A DNA stretch of 64,000 nucleotides. Origin: a virus. The position numbers and the translations under genes were made by a program. Under the pieces are notes generated by a model, which saw nothing but the letters and a program-made list of their open reading frames with translations, had not been told where the DNA came from and did not search any database. Position 1 is the first letter of the stretch. Each line of letters starts with the position of its first letter. Positions 46,924-56,285 of the stretch are shown here, piece after piece. The stretch lies in the IMG/VR virus record IMGVR_UViG_3300009703_002802, one strand, 5' to 3'.

Positions 46924-48949
46924 TGATTTAACCATAGTTAGCGCAGCTTGGAACTGTTCAAGTTTTTTAGAAGCAAACTGGAAGTTAATGTCTGAGTATT
47001 CAACAGATGGTCTTCAGTGGGTTGTTGCAAATAATCACCCAGAAAAAAGCTTGGGTATGGTTGAGACTATCCCTAACTTTAAAATTATTGACGGAGTTCC
47101 TCAATCGGAAGTAGAGCTACCGCCAAAAAGAAAGGCTATACATGTAGGAAGCTATCACCACGCCGCTGGTATTAACAAAACAATACCACACATTAAAACT
47201 AGATATGCTTTGTTTTTAGACCCTGACTTTTTTATAGGGCCGTCTTTAATAGAAATAATTGACTACATGGACAAAAAAGACCTTGCGTTCTTTGGGACAC
47301 CTTATGCAATAGATGGGTCTGATAGAGCAAGTCATACGTTCCCGTGTGTTTACTGCATGTTTGTGGATACAACAAAAGTTGACATCTCTACCTTTGACTT
47401 TACTCCACAGCCAACCGATCTGTACAAAGGCGATACTGGAACAAAAGTTTATTTAGATCATTTAGATTATCCTCATGAGTCGGTTAGACAATCTGTCGGT
47501 GACAACAAGGTAAAGGATCAGCTGGCGCAAAAACCTCACATCAAATGGCCATACACAAAAAGTACGCTACAAACTGTCTACGGCATGAAGACTCCAGAAC
47601 ATGCAAAAAATAACTACTTCTGGAAAAACGGAGGCGAATACTTTGGCTCTCATGTAAGAATGAAAATAAAAGCTAGAAACGAAGAGGGAACTGTATTTTC
47701 CGCTAAAGCAACTGAACCACATAGTGAAGCAGCTCACATAATGAATATTGTAGAAGCTGTTCAACATATAAGACAGATGGAGCCACAAAAAATGGTGACT
47801 CCTCTATTTAAAGTTCTTATGCACGAAGATGCTATAAATGAAAGTCATAAAGTTCTTAGATCAGGCTATGTATCTCAAGGCAAAGTCAACAATATTTTTG
47901 AAAAAAAGCTTATGAATCATTTGAGTAACAAAAACGCAGTTACTGTTAATTCTGGAACGTCAGCTCTGCATCTTGCGTTTGACCTAATAAAAGAAGCAGA
48001 GTCTTTAGATGAATCTTGTCAAGTTGTTTGCAGCCCATTGACGTGCGCGGCTGGATTGCTACCAATAGTTTCAAACGGACTTTCCATAAAATGGTGCGAT
48101 ATATCACCATCAAATCTAAATATAGATTTAGACAAGGCGGCAAAGCTACTTAATGAAAATACAAGAATTCTTAGTTTTGTTCATTGGGGCGGATATCCAA
48201 TAGACTACAAAAAGCTACAGGAAATAAAAAAGCAATACGCGCTAAAATACAAAAAACAATTATATATTGTTGAGGACTGCGCTCACGCTTGGGGTTCTAC
48301 TTGGAACGACCGTCCTGTTGGTGCAGTTCTTAACGATGATTCAACATTTAGCTGTTTTAGTTTTCAGGCCATAAAATCTTTGACAACTGGAGATGGAGGT
48401 CTTTTAATCACGCCACCCAGTTTCAGAAGAATGGCAAGAAAAAAGAGATGGTTTGGGATAGACAGAGATAATGATGAGGATTTCAGAGGCGGATATCCTA
48501 TTCAAGATTTAGGTTTTAAGTTTCATATGAATGACATTTCTTCTGCCCTTGGAATTGGCAACATGCCACATGTTCAAAGTGCAATAGAAGAGACTAGAGA
48601 AAACGCCGATGTCTACTATAAGAAACTTTCCGACCTTCGTTATGTCAAACTTCTGGATAACGACTATCAATCTCGGTCAAGTTACTGGCTTTTTACTATA
48701 AGGGCTATGTATAGAGATCAGCTTTCAGAACACTTAAAGGAAGCAGGTATACAAACCAGTCTCGTGCATCACAGGAATGACACACACCCCGTATTTAAAA
48801 ACTTTAAACCGAAGGCAAATACGCTACCAGTACTAGATGAAGTTTCTAAGGATATGCTTTGCGTTCCTGTTGGTTGGTGGATGACACCACACAGAATTAG
48901 AAGAATTGTGGACAGAATAAAAGACTTTTACGTACACAGAAAGAGTTAA
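46907..48949 (+). CDS. GT-A-like domain fused to DegT/DnrJ PLP sugar aminotransferase
   Basis: N-terminal LFLDPDF; C-terminal NSGTSAL, EDCAHA, FSFQAIKSLTTGDGG. Confidence 0.88.
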   Translation: MSVQINDLTIVSAAWNCSSFLEANWKLMSEYSTDGLQWVVANNHPEKSLGMVETIPNFKIIDGVPQSEVELPPKRKAIHVGSYHHAAGINKTIPHIKTRYALFLDPDFFIGPSLIEIIDYMDKKDLAFFGTPYAIDGSDRASHTFPCVYCMFVDTTKVDISTFDFTPQPTDLYKGDTGTKVYLDHLDYPHESVRQSVGDNKVKDQLAQKPHIKWPYTKSTLQTVYGMKTPEHAKNNYFWKNGGEYFGSHVRMKIKARNEEGTVFSAKATEPHSEAAHIMNIVEAVQHIRQMEPQKMVTPLFKVLMHEDAINESHKVLRSGYVSQGKVNNIFEKKLMNHLSNKNAVTVNSGTSALHLAFDLIKEAESLDESCQVVCSPLTCAAGLLPIVSNGLSIKWCDISPSNLNIDLDKAAKLLNENTRILSFVHWGGYPIDYKKLQEIKKQYALKYKKQLYIVEDCAHAWGSTWNDRPVGAVLNDDSTFSCFSFQAIKSLTTGDGGLLITPPSFRRMARKKRWFGIDRDNDEDFRGGYPIQDLGFKFHMNDISSALGIGNMPHVQSAIEETRENADVYYKKLSDLRYVKLLDNDYQSRSSYWLFTIRAMYRDQLSEHLKEAGIQTSLVHHRNDTHPVFKNFKPKANTLPVLDEVSKDMLCVPVGWWMTPHRIRRIVDRIKDFYVHRKS

Positions 48950-48950
48950 A

Positions 48951-49754
48951 ATGAAGTCACATGAAAAGTCTTGGCACAGAACTATAAAGGACAGAATAGA
49001 TTTTTTAGATGAAATCTCTTCGCTGCATAAAAACGGAGATTATGCCAATTTTAGACAGATAGAAAGCTTGCGTAGAAATATAAGCGGAGATAACGCTAAG
49101 AGAGCAAACGGTGAATTAAGCTATCTATTAAAAAACAACCCAGAGATATTAACTGAAAACCTAGACAAGATAAAAGAATGGGACTCATTTGGCAATCCTG
49201 TACTTCAAAGTTTTGAGCGTGAAAATTTTAAGATTAACTGCTCGGACTCAGTTTTTCCACCGTTGTACGATATAACAAAAATAAAGGAGAATCTTAACCT
49301 CTCCTCAGACTTTGACATAGTAGAAGTTGGATGTGGCTTTGGAATAGAAGCTAAAATTTTTCACGACATCGTTGGTTACAAGAGCTACACCCACGTAGAT
49401 CTCCCAGACATGTTAAAACTTCAGTCAGCTTATCTTTCTAACTTCAAAACACCTAACATTACCTATATAAACCCATACAAAGATATTGACAAACTAAAAA
49501 CTCATTACGATTTGTTCATATCTAACTTTGCTTTTACAGAGATAACTCATGATGTACAAAAATTCTATTTTGACAACATCATAAAAAAATGTAGCATGGG
49601 AATAATTGTAGGAAAAATGGCGCCACACATAGAAGGCGTAATGAATAACAAAATAACCAAAGTGCAAATTGGTTGGATTGAGTCAGAATTTAACATCAAG
49701 TATGAAAAGAATTCTGCTTATGTAAGAGGGGGTTTAATATATTTTTGGAAATGA
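48951..49754 (+). CDS. Putative sugar O-methyltransferase
   Basis: VEVGCGFG, VDLP, FISNFAFTE. Confidence 0.75.
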   Translation: MKSHEKSWHRTIKDRIDFLDEISSLHKNGDYANFRQIESLRRNISGDNAKRANGELSYLLKNNPEILTENLDKIKEWDSFGNPVLQSFERENFKINCSDSVFPPLYDITKIKENLNLSSDFDIVEVGCGFGIEAKIFHDIVGYKSYTHVDLPDMLKLQSAYLSNFKTPNITYINPYKDIDKLKTHYDLFISNFAFTEITHDVQKFYFDNIIKKCSMGIIVGKMAPHIEGVMNNKITKVQIGWIESEFNIKYEKNSAYVRGGLIYFWK

Positions 49755-50371
49755 ATAAATTTAAATACAAAACATTTAAGTACAGATTTGAGTCAATATT
49801 GCAGAGGGTTTTTGGTTGTGTAGATATGTCATGCCTACATGAAGAAGTAAAACTATTCGATGTAGACACAGATCAATCTTCAAAGTATCACAAAAAGTTT
49901 TACGAGCTTCCCGAAGACCATCCGTTCTTTTTAAATTTTAGAGAATTTGTGGTGAATGAAATAAAGCCCCTATTTGACGAACCTATAATCTTTCAAAAAA
50001 AACCTACCTTTAGAGTTCATTTAAGAAACAATATTGCGGTAGGCGCTTTTCATAGAGATAGAGACTACAACCATTTTACAGACGAAGTGAATTTTTTCGT
50101 TCCATTAACAAAAGCTTTTGACTCAAATACAGTATGGGTAGAGAGCGAGGAAGGAAAGGAAGATTTTGCACCTATGAACGCAAGGTATGGTGAGTTTTAT
50201 ATGTGGGACGGAGCTAACCTAAAGCACGGGAACAAAAAGAACGAAACCGGATCGACTAGGGTTAGTTTTGATTTTAGAGTCCTTCCAAGATCAAAATACG
50301 TGGAGTCGGGTAAAAAAAGCGTCACTCAAGGAATGCCTTTTGAGATAGGGCAATACTATGAAGAGCTATGA
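49751..50371 (+). CDS. 2OG-Fe(II) dioxygenase-like protein
   Basis: FHRD...HGN facial triad; RVSFDFR. Confidence 0.7.
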   Translation: MNKFKYKTFKYRFESILQRVFGCVDMSCLHEEVKLFDVDTDQSSKYHKKFYELPEDHPFFLNFREFVVNEIKPLFDEPIIFQKKPTFRVHLRNNIAVGAFHRDRDYNHFTDEVNFFVPLTKAFDSNTVWVESEEGKEDFAPMNARYGEFYMWDGANLKHGNKKNETGSTRVSFDFRVLPRSKYVESGKKSVTQGMPFEIGQYYEEL

Positions 50372-50939
50372 TATACTTATACTAGGATCCTCATACCTAA
50401 CAGAGCTTTCGGTTAAATATCTTTTAGACGTAAGTGACTACAATCTTGTTGGTTATGTGCCTTGTAAAAACACGCCAGTTGAAGGAAATATACCGCTAGA
50501 GAAAGTGGATATTAATCAACCGTGCGATATAAAACTTTCACTTCAATACGACATCATAGTTGACGATACGTCAAACACTTATAATCTTCATACGGGCCTT
50601 CTCCCTGAATATGGTGGTAGAGACATACTAGACCATACTATTAAAAATGAAGAACGAGAACAGGGACTGACTTTTCACAAAATGACTGAGGATCTTGATT
50701 ACGGCCCAATCATAAGCAAGATAACATATCCAGTGCTAGATACTGACTGTTCTTTTGATTTGTATAAAAGAATGCTAGAAATAGCACCGTCTTTTGTGCA
50801 TAGTAGTTTGAAGCTATTAAATAGCATGAAACAAAAAGAAATAGAAAAATGTTACAAATGTCCTCCTACTATGTATAGTAGAGGAGAGTTTGAGCTTAGT
50901 GAAAAATTTAAAGAGTTTATAAAATGCAAAAAGTATTAG
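50358..50939 (+). CDS. N10-formyl-THF-dependent formyltransferase
   Basis: NLHTGLLPEYGG; HKMTEDLDYGPII. Confidence 0.82.
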   Translation: MKSYDILILGSSYLTELSVKYLLDVSDYNLVGYVPCKNTPVEGNIPLEKVDINQPCDIKLSLQYDIIVDDTSNTYNLHTGLLPEYGGRDILDHTIKNEEREQGLTFHKMTEDLDYGPIISKITYPVLDTDCSFDLYKRMLEIAPSFVHSSLKLLNSMKQKEIEKCYKCPPTMYSRGEFELSEKFKEFIKCKKY

Positions 50940-51913
50940 TAACAGGTGGAGCTGGTTTTATAGGTCATCACCTAATAGAACACATATTAAAAAACACAGA
51001 CTGGTTTGTTGTATGCTTGGATAGGCTAGACACTTCTGGAAACCTCAATAGAATATCCGAATTTCTTGAAACTAATCCTTCTTGGAAAAAAAGATTCAAG
51101 TTTTTATACCACGACTTAAAGGCTGAAATAAATTCACAATTAGCAAAGCAGATTGGCAATGTAAGCCTAGTCTTTCATCTAGCCGCCTCTTCTCATGTAG
51201 ATAGAAGTATTGAAGATCCTTTAAGTTTTGTTTATGACAACGTGGTAGGTTCTTGTAATCTGTTTAATTTTGCTAGAAATTGTGACACCATTGATTACAT
51301 ACAAAATTTTAGCACGGACGAAGTTTTTGGTGACGCGCCAGTAGGAACTGCCTACAAAGAATGGGATCGTCATATGGCAAAGAATCCATACTCTGCTAGT
51401 AAGTCCGGAGCAGAGCAGTTAGGAATTGCATTTCACAATACCTACGGACTTCCTATTATCACAACTAACTGCATGAATGTGATTGGTGAAAGACAGCATC
51501 CTGAAAAGTATCTGCCTTTATGTATAAAGAAAATATTGGCAGGAGAAAAAATACACATACACTCAGACCCAAACAAGAATCCCGGAACTAGATTTTACGT
51601 ACACGCAAGAAACGTTGCTGACGTGTCTTTATTTCTGACAAAAGAAGCAGAAGCTGGAGACAAGTACAATCTTGTTGGACAAAAAGAAGTTTCAAATCTA
51701 GAGCTGGCGCAAATGGTAGCTGAAATTTTAGGTAAAGAGCTTAATTACGAACTAGTTGATTTTCACTCTTCTAGACCCGGACACGACTTAAGGTATGCAT
51801 TAGAGGATACTAAGATATGTAATATGGGATACAGCTATCCTGTGTCATTTGAAGATTCTTTAAAGAAGACAATACAGTGGACGATAGACAATCCTAAGTG
51901 GTTGGCAGGATAA
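50924..51913 (+). CDS. rmlB: dTDP-glucose 4,6-dehydratase
   Basis: VTGGAGFIG, ASSHVDRSI, STDEVFG, NPYSASK, RPGHDLRY. Confidence 0.9.
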   Translation: MQKVLVTGGAGFIGHHLIEHILKNTDWFVVCLDRLDTSGNLNRISEFLETNPSWKKRFKFLYHDLKAEINSQLAKQIGNVSLVFHLAASSHVDRSIEDPLSFVYDNVVGSCNLFNFARNCDTIDYIQNFSTDEVFGDAPVGTAYKEWDRHMAKNPYSASKSGAEQLGIAFHNTYGLPIITTNCMNVIGERQHPEKYLPLCIKKILAGEKIHIHSDPNKNPGTRFYVHARNVADVSLFLTKEAEAGDKYNLVGQKEVSNLELAQMVAEILGKELNYELVDFHSSRPGHDLRYALEDTKICNMGYSYPVSFEDSLKKTIQWTIDNPKWLAG

Positions 51914-52854
51914 TGAAATTTTTAATCCCAATAAAAAATAACAAATACTTCAGAATTGTTTCAAAAGCTCTTAAGACAGGACTAGAGAAACAAGGACAGA
52001 TAGCCGAGATCATATTCAGAGACGATCTGTCTAAAAGAGAAGAGTGTATCAAAGAGTATGATTTTGTTTTTGTGTTTACGATAACGGGAGATTGGATAAG
52101 AGATTTAGCTATTAAATATGGAAAGCCTTACATCTACATGGATAAGGGGTATTGTAGAAATGCCAGACTTAGAAATCCTGAAGCATTTATAAGATTTAGC
52201 CCAAACAGCTGGCAACCTTTAAAGCATCTAGATAAGTTTTCGGATAGAGATGATAGGTGGGAGGAACTGCTAAAAATACCAATAAGAAAGTGGTATGGAA
52301 AAGACGGAAAAGTATCCAAAGTAGAAACTCTAGAGCCAAAGTCTCACTTTAAAGAAGAAGGTGAGTACATACTGTTTGCTGGAAGTTCTGCAAAATACCA
52401 TCTATACATGGGTATTGAAGAACCAACCACGTATACAAAAAACATAGTTAAAGAGATTAGAAAATTTACAGATCGTCCTATAATATACAGACCTAAGCCA
52501 AGCTGGAACGCAAAGCAAGAAGTAGAAGGTACAATATTTTTAGGTGACAGTAAAATAAAATACCACGAACTGCTAAAGAAAGATCTGCATTGCGTTATAA
52601 CTCACACCAGCAACGCTGCTTTGGAAGCTAATTTCTATGGACTACCTACAATCGTTCTCGGAGAGGCGATAGCTAAACCAGTATCTAGCACAAAGCTAGA
52701 TGAGATAAATAATATATATAGACCAACACTTGAAGAAAAGCATTCATTAGGCAGATCCCTATCCTACTTTCAATATAGAATTGAAGAGGTGGAGAGTGGG
52801 GTCATGTTTGACAATCTAAAAGGCATTTTTGAGGAGGAATTAAATGGGTCATAA
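51913..52854 (+). CDS. KpsS-like protein (paralog 3)
   Basis: MDKGY, RPIIYRPKP, TSNAALEANFYGLPT, FQYRIEEV. Confidence 0.55.
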   Translation: MKFLIPIKNNKYFRIVSKALKTGLEKQGQIAEIIFRDDLSKREECIKEYDFVFVFTITGDWIRDLAIKYGKPYIYMDKGYCRNARLRNPEAFIRFSPNSWQPLKHLDKFSDRDDRWEELLKIPIRKWYGKDGKVSKVETLEPKSHFKEEGEYILFAGSSAKYHLYMGIEEPTTYTKNIVKEIRKFTDRPIIYRPKPSWNAKQEVEGTIFLGDSKIKYHELLKKDLHCVITHTSNAALEANFYGLPTIVLGEAIAKPVSSTKLDEINNIYRPTLEEKHSLGRSLSYFQYRIEEVESGVMFDNLKGIFEEELNGS

Positions 52855-53224
52855 AACACTAACAGGAGCTGTTCAGGGCAAGTTTTGGGGAACAACAAGA
52901 TGCTTCTTTGAGAATGCGACAAGTGAAGTTCATTATATAGAAGCTAATAAAGATGGTTATTGTTCTCGCCATCATCATGAAAATAAATGGAACAGATTTA
53001 TCGTGCTTGAAGGAGCTTTAAAGGTTATTATATATAAGCAGGATAGTGAAGATGAGACAATACTGAGACAAGGTATGTTTTCTGACGTTCCTCCCGGAAT
53101 AGACCACAGGTTTGTGGCAATGGAAGACACAAAAGCCTTAGAGGTTTATTGGATAGACGGGTTAGACCCTAAAGACATAGTTAGGAAAGATACTGGTGGT
53201 TCTGGAACAAGTACAGATAAATAA
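52844..53224 (+). CDS. Cupin-fold protein (sugar isomerase-like)
   Basis: CSRHHH...FIVLEG; VPPGIDHRF. Confidence 0.78.
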   Translation: MGHKTLTGAVQGKFWGTTRCFFENATSEVHYIEANKDGYCSRHHHENKWNRFIVLEGALKVIIYKQDSEDETILRQGMFSDVPPGIDHRFVAMEDTKALEVYWIDGLDPKDIVRKDTGGSGTSTDK

Positions 53225-53987
53225 ACCTGTTTTACTTATAGGCTCTGGCCCAGCTATAGATGAGTACCTTACACCAGAGATAACAAGTAAATATTTTACA
53301 TTGTGTACCGGAAGGGCTATATATGCGTTAGATCACGTAGATATAGTTACCTGTCTAGATCTGGTCAGGTTCGTCCATAATATATCCAACTTTTCAGATA
53401 GATTTGATCACTTTTTAGTTCCTCACTGTCTAACCACTAGATTCTGGACTGGAAGCAAATCTGGAATACTAGAGGTTACGAACACGACCCCTATCTACAC
53501 TTTTAACACTGGAGCTAGCAGTCCAAGCTCAACAAAAGATTGGTCGGACGTTCAGTACACATACAAAAAAAGCCCAAAGCACGCAAAGATGGTAGCTCAT
53601 ATGAGCCAGTTTGAAAGCTATAAAAAACAGATGGGCGTTAACGAGGGGTGTACAATACTGCACCCGCATGTAGCTTACGAAAATGCACTTAGGGTACTGT
53701 CGATCTCTTCCACATTATCCCAGAAGATAGAGATGTTTTTGAGAGAAGATGTCGATCTAACACACTGCCCTATAGATCAGTTTTTATTAAAAGATAACAC
53801 TCTGAGAAATCATTGTAGTTGTTTGCACTTCTTAATAAATTGGCTTTGGCTAAAAGGAGTTAATAAAATACATACAATTGGTATAACAAGAGAATATGAA
53901 GGTTGGGGACATACAAGACAGTTATTTGATTTTTACGGTATCAATTTTACTATGATGGAAGATTTTGGTGGAGAAATAAAATTATGA
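53196..53987 (+). CDS. Hypothetical protein, possible DUF115/Maf-like fold
   Basis: LLIGSGPA motif; start uncertain. Confidence 0.4.
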   Translation: MVLEQVQINKPVLLIGSGPAIDEYLTPEITSKYFTLCTGRAIYALDHVDIVTCLDLVRFVHNISNFSDRFDHFLVPHCLTTRFWTGSKSGILEVTNTTPIYTFNTGASSPSSTKDWSDVQYTYKKSPKHAKMVAHMSQFESYKKQMGVNEGCTILHPHVAYENALRVLSISSTLSQKIEMFLREDVDLTHCPIDQFLLKDNTLRNHCSCLHFLINWLWLKGVNKIHTIGITREYEGWGHTRQLFDFYGINFTMMEDFGGEIKL

Positions 53988-54454
53988 TTTTAATATCTCA
54001 TAGAGGTAACGTTTACGGTTCAGAACCTAAACTAGAAAACAGTCCTATGTATATAAACTCTGCCTTACAAGAAAATTACTTCGTAGAGATAGATGTGTGG
54101 AAAATAAAAGATACTTGGTTTTTGGGTCACGACGGACCAGCATACGAAACAAACGAAAGGTTCTTAACACAAAAGAATCTACTAATACACGCTAAAAATC
54201 TAGACGCATTAAAATCTTTGTTAGAGCTAGATGTTCACTGTTTTTGGCATCAAGAAGATTTCTATACTATTACCAGTAGAGGTTTAATAATTAGTTATCC
54301 GGGTTATGCTACTGGCGAAAATGTTATTTGCATGAAGCCTGAACTTATATCAATGGATACAATACGCGACTGTTATGCAATATGTTCAGACTATGTGGGC
54401 ATCTATAAAGATCGAAAGCCAGAAGTTAGGGTGGGTTTTAGTGAAACACGCTGA
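53984..54454 (+). CDS. Glycerophosphodiester-phosphodiesterase-like protein
   Basis: ISHRGN, EIDVW, LGHD, HAKN, FWHQED, ICSDY. Confidence 0.75.
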   Translation: MILISHRGNVYGSEPKLENSPMYINSALQENYFVEIDVWKIKDTWFLGHDGPAYETNERFLTQKNLLIHAKNLDALKSLLELDVHCFWHQEDFYTITSRGLIISYPGYATGENVICMKPELISMDTIRDCYAICSDYVGIYKDRKPEVRVGFSETR

Positions 54455-55235
54455 CGTAACGATTGTCATACAGGGTCCTTCTGTTAGCGTATCTGGAAAA
54501 CTGGGTGCTGCATTTAGAAATTTAGAAAACTACAGCAAGCACGTTGGCAATATTGTAATATCAACTTGGGATGACAGCAAAGTAAAGCCATCAAAAAGGA
54601 TGTTAAACAGGCTTGGCATCAAGTATGTTGAAGATTCTAAAGATCATTATAAAAATCATTACAACAGCTCTAACATAGCATATCAATCTGCAACTTCACT
54701 AAATGGATTAAAACTCGTTAAAACTGAATATGCTATAAAAGTAAGGTGCGACGAGAAGTATACCGACATTTCTAAATTTATAAAGGTAATGAAAAGTGCG
54801 CCAGAAAAAATAACGACTAGCAATTTTCTGTTTACTTCTGATGACTTTAGTCAATTCCACATATCCGATCACGTAATTGGAGGAAAGACGGAAAACTTGA
54901 TAGGAATGTTTGATAATACGTCTATGCTATGCAAACACTACACTAATAAGACAGATCCTATAACAGGAAGTGACTTAGCTATAGATAACTACAGAAATGG
55001 AAAAACAAAAAACGACGAAATATCACCAGAGTCACTTTTGTTTTTGTGCTTCTTAGCTTACAAAGAAATTGAAATAGACTGTTCAAAGTCTATAGAAATA
55101 ATGAATGATAATTGTCAACTTGTTGAATTAACAGATATGGGAGACTTTCTTTGCCATATGTCTTGTATACCCTATACAAACTACGATAGGGTATTAGAGG
55201 ACACGGCTACTATAACATCAATGAACGACCTATGA
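54441..55235 (+). CDS. WavE-like LPS biosynthesis protein
   Basis: IVIQGP, ISTW, YAIKVRCDE, HISDH; start reassigned to GTG 54441. Confidence 0.65.
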   Translation: MKHADVTIVIQGPSVSVSGKLGAAFRNLENYSKHVGNIVISTWDDSKVKPSKRMLNRLGIKYVEDSKDHYKNHYNSSNIAYQSATSLNGLKLVKTEYAIKVRCDEKYTDISKFIKVMKSAPEKITTSNFLFTSDDFSQFHISDHVIGGKTENLIGMFDNTSMLCKHYTNKTDPITGSDLAIDNYRNGKTKNDEISPESLLFLCFLAYKEIEIDCSKSIEIMNDNCQLVELTDMGDFLCHMSCIPYTNYDRVLEDTATITSMNDL

Positions 55236-55349
55236 CCAGAAGTAAAGATATAGGCTTTATATTTTTAATGTCACTCTTAATTACAGTGCAATTTCCAGTC
55301 GAACAATCCACTTGTATATTTTTAGCTTTCGTAGCTTACAGGAGAAAAA

Positions 55350-56285
55350 ATGTCTAAAATATTAGTTACAGGAGGTGGCGGGTACGTAGGAAACGTATTA
55401 TGCCGACATCTATTAGACAAAGGTTATGAAGTAAAATGCGTTGACAACTTTCATAAGGGTCAATGTGACGCAATTATTCCATTAGCAACAAATCCAAGAT
55501 TTGAATTTGAATACGGCGATGTAACCGTCTTGGAACAAATGAAGGAGGCTGTACGTGGGTGTGACGCTATTATTCATCTCGCTGCTATTGTTGGCTTTCC
55601 GGCTTGCAAATCCCAACCTGCGTTGGCAACGGCGGTGAACGTAGAGGGCGCTAGAAATATTATTTTTGCAAGAGAGGCTTATAATCCCGAAATGCCTCTT
55701 GTTTATGCGTCCACAGGCAGCGTGTACGGCAAGGTAGAGGACGTTTGTACAGAAGAGTCCCCTCTCAACGCTGTATCGCTTTACGGGGCAAATAAGAGGG
55801 TTGCAGAAGAGATGGTGGGAACACAAGACAACACTGTCTCTTTTAGGTTTGCTACTGGGTTTGGTGTCAGCCCATGTATGCGGGTGAATTTGCTCGTAAA
55901 CGATTTTGTGTATCAGGCTATGACGAATAAGATACTGACTATTTTTCAAGCAGATTTTCGCAGAACTTTCATTCATGTAAGAGACATGGCAAAAGCTTTT
56001 ACTATGGGTGTCGAGAACATGGGTAATTGGAAACACAAAGTTTACAACTGCGGAGCTAATCATCTTAACTGGACTAAAAGAGAACTGGCAGAATATGTCA
56101 AAGAGAAGACCGGATGTTTTGTTCATTATGAAGAAATTGGAAAAGATGCTGACCAAAGAGACTACGAAGTGAGTTATGATAAGCTAGAAGCCGAAGGGTT
56201 TAAGTGCGACGTAGACATGAAGACTGGCATCAACGAATTAATTAAAGTAGCACCTATCTTACAAATTAGGCATCAATACTCATGA
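55350..56285 (+). CDS. NAD-dependent epimerase/dehydratase
   Basis: VTGGGGYVG, STGSVYG, YGANK; AGGAG SD. Confidence 0.9.
   Translation: MSKILVTGGGGYVGNVLCRHLLDKGYEVKCVDNFHKGQCDAIIPLATNPRFEFEYGDVTVLEQMKEAVRGCDAIIHLAAIVGFPACKSQPALATAVNVEGARNIIFAREAYNPEMPLVYASTGSVYGKVEDVCTEESPLNAVSLYGANKRVAEEMVGTQDNTVSFRFATGFGVSPCMRVNLLVNDFVYQAMTNKILTIFQADFRRTFIHVRDMAKAFTMGVENMGNWKHKVYNCGANHLNWTKRELAEYVKEKTGCFVHYEEIGKDADQRDYEVSYDKLEAEGFKCDVDMKTGINELIKVAPILQIRHQYS

Noticed and set aside
55292-55320. Sigma70 promoter in the gap before the 55350 epimerase
   Set aside because: TATATT is present but the -35 (TTTCCA/TTCCAG) is poor; not supportable
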